Source: an uncultured Acidimicrobiia bacterium (GTDB taxonomy: Bacteria; Actinomycetota; Acidimicrobiia; Spongiisociales; CAZKJJ01). Taken from it: a stretch of DNA of 27,862 nucleotides. Location: NCBI GenBank assembly GCA_964553055.1, contig CAZKJJ010000001.1, positions 1 to 27,862 of the forward strand. Direction: 5' to 3'. Positions within the stretch are counted from its first letter, which is position 1. Each line of letters begins with the position of its first letter. A program made the translations under genes and the position numbers. Shown piece by piece: positions 7,556-15,641 of the stretch. Under the pieces are notes generated by a model. The model saw only the letters and a list, made by a program, of their open reading frames with translations. It was not told the origin of the DNA and ran no database searches.

Positions 7556-8589
7556 TGCCCTACCGTCACATCCTCGTCGGCACGGACGGATCGGATACTG
7601 CCGTGGTGGCCGAACGTGCAGCCGGCGCCCTCGCCTCATCTCTGGGAGCAGACCTGACGATCGTCACGGCATACGAAGACGCCCCAGGCGAGCCCGCGGC
7701 GACTCAGCTCCTCGAGGCGGCGAGCCGGAGGGCGGGCGAGCTGGGTGTCTCGGCAAAGACCGAAGCCAGGCTCGGCAAGCCAACCGAGGCGATCAACACG
7801 TTCGCAGAGGAACGGGGAGTCGACCTGATCGTGGTCGGAGATGTCGGCATGGGAGGGGCCCGCCGGTTCAAGCTCGGTGGTGTCCCCGACCAGGTAGCGC
7901 ATCACACTCCCGTCGACTTCCTCGTCGTCAAGACGACGCGGCCCGAGTCCCGCGGCAAGGGCAGGTACGAGAAGATCCTCGTTGCCACGGACGGCTCCTT
8001 CACGGCAGACCAGGCGACCGGCCGGGGTTACGGGATGGCATCTGCGCTCGGGGCCGCCGTGACGCTCCTCTATGTCGGTGATGAGCTGATCGGGAACATC
8101 GTGCTGCGGGACACGGCCGATCGGCTCGATGACGACGCCATCGAGCAACGCGTCGTGAAGGGCGACCCTGCGGACCGCATCTGCGAGCTGGCGCAAGAAG
8201 AGGCGTTCGATCTCATCGTCGTCGGGAACAAGGGCATGATGGGTACTCGGCGGTTCCTGCTGGCCGCCGTGCCCAACAAGGTGGCGCATGAGGCGACGTG
8301 TGACGTACTCGTCTCGAAGACGGTCGGCCGCTCGCTCCAGGACCTCAAGCCGGGCGAAGGCGGCATCGTCGACGCGGCGGGCCAGAAGATCGCCGCCTAC
8401 GTCGAAGACGATGGAACGCTTCATACCGTCTCCGCCAAGTGCCAGCACCTGGGCTGCACCGTCGGCTGGAACAGCAGGGCGAAGACGTGGGACTGTCCGT
8501 GCCATGGGTCGCGGTACCAATTCGACGGGGCCGTGCTCAACGGGCCGACGACCAAGCCGCTACCTCCCGTGGACGTTTCGGCCGGATAG
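7555..8589 (+). CDS. Tandem universal-stress-protein (USP) domains fused to a C-terminal Rieske [2Fe-2S] domain
   Basis: 344 aa from ATG 7555 (TGATG overlap with the upstream stop). USP1: HILVGTDGSD...DLIVVGDVG. USP2: KILVATDGS...DLIVVGNKG. Rieske boxes CQHLGC and CPCHGSRY. There is no stop or frameshift between the domains. Confidence 0.88.
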   Translation: MPYRHILVGTDGSDTAVVAERAAGALASSLGADLTIVTAYEDAPGEPAATQLLEAASRRAGELGVSAKTEARLGKPTEAINTFAEERGVDLIVVGDVGMGGARRFKLGGVPDQVAHHTPVDFLVVKTTRPESRGKGRYEKILVATDGSFTADQATGRGYGMASALGAAVTLLYVGDELIGNIVLRDTADRLDDDAIEQRVVKGDPADRICELAQEEAFDLIVVGNKGMMGTRRFLLAAVPNKVAHEATCDVLVSKTVGRSLQDLKPGEGGIVDAAGQKIAAYVEDDGTLHTVSAKCQHLGCTVGWNSRAKTWDCPCHGSRYQFDGAVLNGPTTKPLPPVDVSAG

Positions 8590-8641
8590 CCCGCGGCCTC
8601 GCAGCGGTAGTGTTCCGCGGTCACAGCACAGGAGAAGAGGC

Positions 8642-11008
8642 ATGTCAGATGTCGTCGAGTACGAGCACGGCCAGCGGTTTCCAGGCAAGATCGGCCTGAC
8701 CACAGAAGAATCCTCGCCTGCCTGGCCGCAGCCCATCCGTGCCTCCGAGGGGGCGCCGAACGTCATCTTCTTCATCCTCGACGACGTCGGCTATGGGCAG
8801 CTTTCCGTGTTCGGAGGGCTCGTCGAGACACCCAACATCGACAGAGTCGCGGACATGGGCCTCCGCTACTCCAACATGCACACCACGGCGCTGTGCTCGC
8901 CGACCCGTGCGTGCGTCCTCACGGGCCGCAACCATCACTCCAGCGGCGTCGCCTCCATCATGGAGACGGCGACAGGCTATCCCGGCTACGACGCTCGAAT
9001 GCCCTTCGAGAACGGCATGCTGTCTGAGGTGCTCCGCAGCGTCGGGTACAACACCTTCGCGGTGGGCAAGTGGCATCTCAGCCCTTCCGAGGAGAACACC
9101 GCCGCAGGGCCGTTCCACCGGTGGCCGCTGGGTCGCGGCTTCGAGCGCTTCTACGGGTTCCTCGGCGGTGAGACGAACCAGTGGTATCCGGACCTCGTCG
9201 AGGACAACCGGTCGGTCGACGCGCCGAGCCTTCCTGAGGACGGCTACCACCTATCGAGTGATCTGGCGGATCAAGCCATACGGATGATCCTGGACGCCCA
9301 CGTGAACGCTCCTGACAAGCCCTTCTTCCTCTACTACGCCACGGGCTGCGGTCATGCCCCGCATCACGTCCCCACGGAGTGGGCCGACCGATACGCAGGC
9401 AGATTCGACGAGGGCTGGGACCACTATCGGGAGCAGGTCTTGGAGCGTCAGAAGGAGCTCGGCCTCATCCCGGAGGACGCCGAGCTGTCACCACGTGACC
9501 CCGACGTCCCTGAGTGGGACGCGCTGGACGAGGACGCCAGACGCCTCTACGCCAGGTTCATGGAGGTCTACGCAGGCTTCGTCAGCTACACCGACCACCA
9601 CTTCGGACGGATCCTCGACACGCTCCAGGAGATCGGCGAGCTCGACAACACCATCATCATGATCCTCTCAGACAACGGCGCCTCCGCCGAGGGCGGGCCC
9701 GTCGGATCGCACAACGAGATGATGTTCTTCAACAATGTCGCCGAATCGACCGAGGACAACCTGGCCAAGATCGAAGAGCTGGGCGGCCCGCTGTCCTACA
9801 ACCACTACCCGTGGGGCTGGGCCTGGTCAGGCAACACTCCGTTCCGGCGGTGGAAGCGCGAGACGTACCGAGGCGGAGCCACCGATCCCTTCATCATGGC
9901 CTGGCCGAGAGGCATCACAGCCCGAGGTGAGGTCAGGACCCACTACGCCCATGCCATCGACATGATGCCGACCATCCTGCACGTGCTGGGGATCGACCCA
10001 CCCACGGCCATTCGAGGCGTGGCCCAGTCGCCCTTGGAAGGCGTCTCGTTCGCTCCTTCCTTCGACAACCCGGATGCGGCGTCCGAGCACACCACCCAGT
10101 ACTTCGAGATGTTCGGTCACCGAGCGATCGACCACGACGGATGGAGGGCCGTCTGTCCGTGGCCGGGGACGAACTTCACCGCGGCGGCCGCCAAGGGGAG
10201 GCAGTTCGGCTCTCCGATCACCTCGGAGGTCCTCGACGAGCTCGAGACCGAGGCCTGGGGGCTGTATCACATCTCGGAGGATCCCACGGAGTCGCACAAC
10301 GTTGCTTCTGAACACCCCGAGAAGCTCAGGGAGCTGATCGCCCTCTGGTGGGTCGAGGCAGGCAAGTACAAGGTCCTCCCCATTGACGGCGACGTGAGGT
10401 CACGGCTCGTGGTCGACCGTCCCATGACCTCGCGACCCAGAACGCGCTTCTCCTTTTACCCGGGTCTCTCGGTCATCCCTCAACCGGCCACGCCCAAGAC
10501 GGCTAACCGCCCGCACAGTATCGAGGCGGATGTGACCATCCCTGCGGCAGGAGCCGAGGGGACCCTGATTGCGCAGGGAGGCGCAGCAGGAGGGTTCGCG
10601 TTCTACGTCAAGGACGGCCTCCTTCACTACGTCCTCAACTACGTTGCCAAGGACTTCTTCAAGGTGACGTCGACGGGGCCCGTGCCTGAAGGGCGGCACT
10701 CCCTCCGCTTCGAGTTCGAGCCGACGGGACCCCCTGACCTGGCTGCAGGCAAGGGCGCACCGGGCCGCTTCCGCCGCTTCAGCCGCGAGTGGATGGTGGG
10801 CGAGACGGAGGTACCACACACCACCCCCATGATGTACGAGCTCGAAGGCCTTTCATGCGGGTACGACTTCGGGGCCCCTGTCCTTGCGCACGAATACGAC
10901 CCGCCGTTCGCTTTCACAGGAGTCATCCACGAGGTCGTGATCGATGTCGGCGGCGACCTGATCCAAGACGACGAAGCCGAGGTGCGCCGCGTGATGGCCC
11001 AGCAATAG
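8642..11008 (+). CDS. Arylsulfatase (Cys-type, formylglycine-dependent)
   Basis: 788 aa from ATG 8642 (SD GGAG upstream). GAPNVIFFILDDVG, signature ALCSPTRACVLTGRNHH, GKWHL, SDNGAS. The ORF-track start at 8288 overlaps the upstream gene and is rejected. Confidence 0.93.
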   Translation: MSDVVEYEHGQRFPGKIGLTTEESSPAWPQPIRASEGAPNVIFFILDDVGYGQLSVFGGLVETPNIDRVADMGLRYSNMHTTALCSPTRACVLTGRNHHSSGVASIMETATGYPGYDARMPFENGMLSEVLRSVGYNTFAVGKWHLSPSEENTAAGPFHRWPLGRGFERFYGFLGGETNQWYPDLVEDNRSVDAPSLPEDGYHLSSDLADQAIRMILDAHVNAPDKPFFLYYATGCGHAPHHVPTEWADRYAGRFDEGWDHYREQVLERQKELGLIPEDAELSPRDPDVPEWDALDEDARRLYARFMEVYAGFVSYTDHHFGRILDTLQEIGELDNTIIMILSDNGASAEGGPVGSHNEMMFFNNVAESTEDNLAKIEELGGPLSYNHYPWGWAWSGNTPFRRWKRETYRGGATDPFIMAWPRGITARGEVRTHYAHAIDMMPTILHVLGIDPPTAIRGVAQSPLEGVSFAPSFDNPDAASEHTTQYFEMFGHRAIDHDGWRAVCPWPGTNFTAAAAKGRQFGSPITSEVLDELETEAWGLYHISEDPTESHNVASEHPEKLRELIALWWVEAGKYKVLPIDGDVRSRLVVDRPMTSRPRTRFSFYPGLSVIPQPATPKTANRPHSIEADVTIPAAGAEGTLIAQGGAAGGFAFYVKDGLLHYVLNYVAKDFFKVTSTGPVPEGRHSLRFEFEPTGPPDLAAGKGAPGRFRRFSREWMVGETEVPHTTPMMYELEGLSCGYDFGAPVLAHEYDPPFAFTGVIHEVVIDVGGDLIQDDEAEVRRVMAQQ

Positions 11009-11057
11009 CGCACACACTCCGGCGGCTACTAGCCGACCACACCGACCCGCCCAGGCG

Positions 11058-11423
11058 TCATCGGCCGCCCGTGTCGGCGTCCCACCCAGGCGGCCTTCTG
11101 CTGCGGGGGAGTTTGGCCGCCACCATCAGGTACGACTCGTCCACGGCTTCGAGCAGCTCTTCGTGGGGAATCGATCCGTTCATCTGAAGCGTGTTCCAGC
11201 CGGATCGCCCGATGTAGGCCATGACCGAGGCGTCCTGTGGGTAGCGGACCAGCCACTCGTCGGCCTCGTCCCTGTTGACGCCGCATTTGACGCCCACAGA
11301 TCCGTGGCCCAGGAAGGCGAAGATCTTCTCGTCGACCTTGGCGACGATATCGCCCTCCCACGGCTCGTCCTGCCAGGCGCCTGGCTTGGTCAGGCAGTAG
11401 TCGAGGACCTCGTCGAACGTCAT
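11058..11423 (-). CDS. MmcQ/YjbR family putative DNA-binding protein
   Basis: 121 aa. MTFDEVLDYCLTKPGAWQDEPW...KVDEKIFAF...AYIGRSGWNT...EAVDESY. TAGGTT lies 8 nt upstream of ATG 11423. Confidence 0.85.
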   Translation of the reverse strand: MTFDEVLDYCLTKPGAWQDEPWEGDIVAKVDEKIFAFLGHGSVGVKCGVNRDEADEWLVRYPQDASVMAYIGRSGWNTLQMNGSIPHEELLEAVDESYLMVAAKLPRSRRPPGWDADTGGR

Positions 11424-11506
11424 CCCCGAGGAACCTACCCATGATCGGGAGCATCGGAGAAGACCCGAGGTAGGGCTGCCACCGCTCGGCCCACGACTCT
11501 TCGAGA

Positions 11507-11923
11507 TCAGCGACGCAGCCGACGCTCCCGGCGCCATACGAGACGAAGGGCCGACCACGTCTCGTCGACTGCACACACCTTGTTGTCGACCAGACCCAGC
11601 GGTAGTGCCAACCTGCGGACCCCGTCCTCCGTGAGGTCGGTGGCGATCCGGGCCGACCGCTTGGGCCAAGCCGCCCAGACAGCGCCGTCAGGAAAGACTG
11701 CCTCGGCTGCCGAGTCGATTCGTCCTGCCAGCGAGCTCCCATCTGCCGCGAAGACGATCACGATGTCGGGATCTCTGCCGATCGACTTCCTCAGCCGCAC
11801 GCCGTCGGGCAGCGGATCCAGTAGTCCCCTGAAGCCTTCCGGCTCCCCGAGAACCGCGACTCTCATGCCGGCTCCGATACCGAGCTTCCTGGCGAGGGGT
11901 GTTCCCGAGTACCCGGCCTTCAT
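11507..11923 (-). CDS. DUF3052-like protein
   Basis: 138 aa. AGYSGTPLARKLGI, VWAAWPKR, LGLVDNKVCAVDETWSALRLVWR are characteristic of this family. Confidence 0.8.
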   Translation of the reverse strand: MKAGYSGTPLARKLGIGAGMRVAVLGEPEGFRGLLDPLPDGVRLRKSIGRDPDIVIVFAADGSSLAGRIDSAAEAVFPDGAVWAAWPKRSARIATDLTEDGVRRLALPLGLVDNKVCAVDETWSALRLVWRRERRLRR

Positions 11924-12033
11924 CGTGGTCCAATACTTGCTCCCTCGACGTCACAGCTGCCAGGACTGTGGGCCTCGACGGGCAACCGTCTGCCGATGTT
12001 GCCTCCCGTGCCATGTCGTGGAACACTCATCCC

Positions 12034-13095
12034 ATGGTTGAGCTGGCAGCCGACGAGGGGATCTCGGCGCTCGAGCTCGGCCTGGCGACGCGTAACCGGG
12101 GAATGCCGCTCGAGGCGCTGCGTCATGACGTCACGCCCGTCGGGCTCCACTACCTACTGGCACATTTCGACATTCCCGCCATCGACGAGCAGTCGTGGCG
12201 GCTGAGTGTGTCGGGTGAGGTGGAGAGTGACCTGGATCTGACGATCGAGGACATCCGCCACCGCCCCTCGAGCACGATCCCGGTGACGATGGAGTGTGCT
12301 GGCAATGGGAGGGCGCGGCTCCAGCCCCGTCCGGTGTCGCAGCCCTGGCTACACGAGGCGACCAGCACGGCATCGTGGACGGGTACCCCGCTGCCTGGCA
12401 TTCTCGAGGAGGCCGGCATCGGACTGGACGCCGTCGAGATTGTCTTCACGGGAGCCGACCACGGGATCGAGGGCGGCGAAGAGCTCGACTACCGAAGGTC
12501 CCTCCCGTTGTCCGAGGCCATGCGCCCGGAGGTGCTGCTGGCGTACGAGATGAACGGCTCCGCACTGCAGCCGCAGCACGGTTTCCCGCTGCGGCTCCTC
12601 GTCCCAGGGTGGTACGGGATGACGAGCGTGAAGTGGTTGACGGACATCGAGGTGGTCGCTGAGCCGTTCGCAGGATTTCATCAAGCGGTCGCCTATCGAT
12701 ACCAGCAAACGGAAGACGATCCAGGCGAGCCTGTTACCCGGATCCGTCCCCGAGCCCTGATGATCCCCCCCGGCTTTCCCGACTTCCCCGAGCGGCACAG
12801 GTACGTGGACGCAGGCCCCGTCATGCTCGAGGGCCGGGCCTGGAGCGGGATGGCTCCGATCACCAGGGTCGAGGTCGCGATCGATGGCCAATGGTCAGAG
12901 GCGAAGCTCCACAAACCGGTCGGAGAGTGGGCCTGGCGGCGCTGGTCGTATCAGTGGGAGGCCGAGCCGGGCCTGCATGTGCTCACGTGCCGGGCAACCG
13001 ACAGCTCAGGCGAGACACAGCCGCTGACCCAACCGTGGAACCACCAGGGGATGGGCAACAACCTCATCCAGGAGGTTACCGTCACCGTCCGCTGA
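12034..13095 (+). CDS. Sulfite oxidase family molybdopterin oxidoreductase (Mo-co domain plus dimerisation domain)
   Basis: RNRGMPLEALRHDVTPVGLHY, Mo-ligand Cys in MECAGNGRA, AYEMNG, HGFPLRLLVPGWYGMTSVKWL, CRATD, WNHQGMGNN. No signal peptide is visible. Start at ATG 12034 or 12013; the ORF-track start at 11899 overlaps a divergent gene. Confidence 0.9.
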   Translation: MVELAADEGISALELGLATRNRGMPLEALRHDVTPVGLHYLLAHFDIPAIDEQSWRLSVSGEVESDLDLTIEDIRHRPSSTIPVTMECAGNGRARLQPRPVSQPWLHEATSTASWTGTPLPGILEEAGIGLDAVEIVFTGADHGIEGGEELDYRRSLPLSEAMRPEVLLAYEMNGSALQPQHGFPLRLLVPGWYGMTSVKWLTDIEVVAEPFAGFHQAVAYRYQQTEDDPGEPVTRIRPRALMIPPGFPDFPERHRYVDAGPVMLEGRAWSGMAPITRVEVAIDGQWSEAKLHKPVGEWAWRRWSYQWEAEPGLHVLTCRATDSSGETQPLTQPWNHQGMGNNLIQEVTVTVR

Positions 13096-13279
13096 TCCGG
13101 ATCCTCCCGGACCGGCGAGTGCCGTTCCCTCCCGCGGTGCTTCGATTCTCGGTCGAGCGGCTCGTTCGGCAGAGCCTCAGCGTCCGACCTGGGCCGGAGC
13201 AGCATGGAGGGACTCTTTGGTGCCGTAATCGGGCCATGAGGACCTAGCCGCCAGCAACCGGCCGAGAGACGCTGGTCTC

Positions 13280-13672
13280 ATGAGATGGTGGATAGCGGTC
13301 ACGACCCTCTTGGTCACCGCGGCGTGTTCGACCACACCTCTGATACTGACCGATTCAGACTCCGGTGCGACGGTCGTCCTGACATCCGGTGATCGGTTCG
13401 AGCTTCACCTCGCATCCAACCCATCAACCGGCTACCAATGGCTGTGGGACGGCGAGCCGCATGACGTGGTGGATCTACTCGATGAGCGATTCGTTTCGTC
13501 TGACAGCGCGCTCGTGGGCGAACCCGGCTCCGAGGTGTTCGACTTCGAAGCGCGCACGAGTGGAGCAGGGATCGTCCGCCTCACCTACGTGCGGCCCTTC
13601 GATGATCCGCCCGTGCCAGAAGGGGTCGTCGAGTTCATCGTCGAGGTCGATGGTGTGTCCTGGGCTCCGTGA
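13280..13672 (+). CDS. Protease inhibitor I42 (chagasin family) putative lipoprotein
   Basis: Signal peptide with lipobox-like VTAA|C. Chagasin motifs LASNPSTGYQW, VGEPG and YVRPFD. Confidence 0.85.
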   Translation: MRWWIAVTTLLVTAACSTTPLILTDSDSGATVVLTSGDRFELHLASNPSTGYQWLWDGEPHDVVDLLDERFVSSDSALVGEPGSEVFDFEARTSGAGIVRLTYVRPFDDPPVPEGVVEFIVEVDGVSWAP

Positions 13673-13727
13673 GGCTCGACAGCTCCCGTCTGTGGCCGTC
13701 GAGCCAGGAGCGCGACGCGCCTGATGC

Positions 13728-14177
13728 TCAGCGGACGGGCTGCACGAGCCTGGTACGCCACCGACTCGTGTCCTTTCCTGACTCAGGCCCCACGTGGTAC
13801 TCCTCCCAGTTCTCGCCCCGAGGATGCAGCCCGGCGTCGGCGAGTAGGTGACGGAACTCTGCCCAGGCGGATGACAACCCCTCGTAGCTCCCGGCGTAGT
13901 CGTACGTGGCGGCCCTGCCGCCAGGAAGGTGGCCGCTGAACAACGGCTCCCCAGGGTCGACGTCCCCATGGACGAATAGCGCCACCGCCATGTCGAACCC
14001 GCTCTCATCGACGTGGTAGTAGACGCCCAATGGGGGGCCATCGATCTTCGCCTCGTGCTCGGTCGCCCAGGCGAACAGCGCCGGGAGCGCCCGGGCGAAG
14101 AACTCTCCCGGGTCGGTCACCTGCTCCCTGATACCGATGATGGGCCGGCTCCCGAGAGTGATTTCCTGGATCTCCAT
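13728..14177 (-). CDS. GyrI-like small-molecule-binding domain protein
   Basis: 149 aa. GPPLGVYY, LPGGRAATYDYAGSYEGLSSAW, WEEYHVGPE...WRTRLVQP. TAACGT lies 6 nt upstream of the ATG. Confidence 0.85.
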   Translation of the reverse strand: MEIQEITLGSRPIIGIREQVTDPGEFFARALPALFAWATEHEAKIDGPPLGVYYHVDESGFDMAVALFVHGDVDPGEPLFSGHLPGGRAATYDYAGSYEGLSSAWAEFRHLLADAGLHPRGENWEEYHVGPESGKDTSRWRTRLVQPVR

Positions 14178-14335
14178 GTGGCGACGTTATCAAGCGAACC
14201 TGCACGAAGGCGCCTCGGGTGCGCATTCCACACGCCCCGAGTGCGCAGCCCCCGCCTCGCGTGGCAAGGTCACGAGAACGGTGAGTCCGAGCCAGGCCGG
14301 TTCCCGACGGTCGCTCTGCTGGCTGCGTCAGGCCC

Positions 14336-15583
14336 TCAATCCGGCTCGCTGCCGAGCTTCCCCTCGAGGAAGTAGGTTTCCATGAATCCCTTGCCTTTGA
14401 CCTCCAGGGGCCCACGCGCCGTGAACCGGTAGCGGTCTCTCAGCTTCTGGTAGACCGCTTCTGTCGTCTGGATCTCGCCTGGTACTCCCTGCGACTCCAT
14501 CCGGGCTGCTGTGTTCACCGTGTCACCCCAGAGGTCATAGCTGAACTTGCGCTTCCCGATGACTCCTGCGACCACAGAGCCGGTGTGGAAGCCGTATCGC
14601 ATCTCGAGTGACCCGACCCCCTCCAAGGAGTGCTTGGCCAGCTCGGCGTCCATCGCCAGGGCGACATCCGCAACGGCCTCTACGTGGTCGGGCCGTGCGT
14701 TCGGTAGGCCCCCTACCACCATGTAGGCGTCGCCGATCGTCTTGATCTTCTCCAGGTCCATGCGATCGACGAGGTCGTCGAACGAGCTGAAGATCTCGTT
14801 GAGGAATTCGACCCAACGGCTTGGAGAAAGCTGTTCGGACAGAGACGTGGAGCCGACGAGATCAGCGAAGAGGATCGTGACGCCTTCGACACGGTCCGCG
14901 ATGACCTCTTCGCCTCGTTTGAGGCGAGCTGCGATGTCCTCGGGGAGGATGTTGAGGAGAAGGCGCTCCGACTTTTCCTGCTCGAGCTCTAAAGCGAGCC
15001 GCGATCGCTCTCGCTCCCGTATGAAGAAGCGCAGTGCGATGAAGAGTATGAAGGCGATCCCGAGGAAGTTCGCCACGAACATCCCGGTGATCACGGTCTG
15101 CGGGACGTATGGTGCCGCTGATCGCAACGAACCGTCTATGAGTCCTGAAAGGGCCGCCAGGGCTGAGAATCCCACGAACCATGGAGTGGCGAGGGCGCCC
15201 ACCAAGGAGGCGAGCAGCGGGGAGCCGAGCGCCCACATCGCCACCGCGCTTCCGTTGGCAAAACCCCCCAGGCTCCATTGCAGGAGAAACGGCAGAACGA
15301 GCCACATGGCCATCTGCGAGGACCTGAAGAGGCGGAATCGTCCGGTGCGGACCATCAACACCAGCCCGACCCCTGAGCCGACCACGTAGATGAGCGGTAT
15401 GGCCGCCGAGACGAAGAGACCGAGAAGCGCGTACATCACGGACCAGACGGCCACAACTGGTGCGGTGATCGTGGTGATGACGACGTGTGTCGACTTGAAG
15501 GCCCTCTCTTGGGCGGTGTCCGAGGAGGTTGCGCCAATCCCGACGAGCCTCTGCAGTGCGTTGCCGATTCCCTCGCCGGACAC
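14336..15583 (-). CDS. Membrane-bound class III adenylate cyclase (about 6 TM helices, signalling helix, catalytic domain)
   Basis: About six hydrophobic segments, then EKSERLLLNILP. All canonical residues are present: FADLVGS, KIKTIGDAY, SYDLWGDTVNTAARMES. The Lys/Asp pair indicates ATP specificity. Confidence 0.93.
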   Translation of the reverse strand: MSGEGIGNALQRLVGIGATSSDTAQERAFKSTHVVITTITAPVVAVWSVMYALLGLFVSAAIPLIYVVGSGVGLVLMVRTGRFRLFRSSQMAMWLVLPFLLQWSLGGFANGSAVAMWALGSPLLASLVGALATPWFVGFSALAALSGLIDGSLRSAAPYVPQTVITGMFVANFLGIAFILFIALRFFIRERERSRLALELEQEKSERLLLNILPEDIAARLKRGEEVIADRVEGVTILFADLVGSTSLSEQLSPSRWVEFLNEIFSSFDDLVDRMDLEKIKTIGDAYMVVGGLPNARPDHVEAVADVALAMDAELAKHSLEGVGSLEMRYGFHTGSVVAGVIGKRKFSYDLWGDTVNTAARMESQGVPGEIQTTEAVYQKLRDRYRFTARGPLEVKGKGFMETYFLEGKLGSEPD

Positions 15584-15641
15584 GACCCGGGCAGCCTACA
15601 GACGGGTGGTGCCGGTCATCATCCGATCCTCCGACCTGGCC

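Noticed and set aside
8330-8589. The Rieske domain as a substitute electron donor for BoxB in place of the missing BoxA
   Set aside because: The disulfide Cys pair and Ser/Tyr point to a high-potential cluster, poorly suited to reducing a diiron oxygenase. It has no flavin/NAD(P)H module, and it lies in a separate, oppositely oriented unit.
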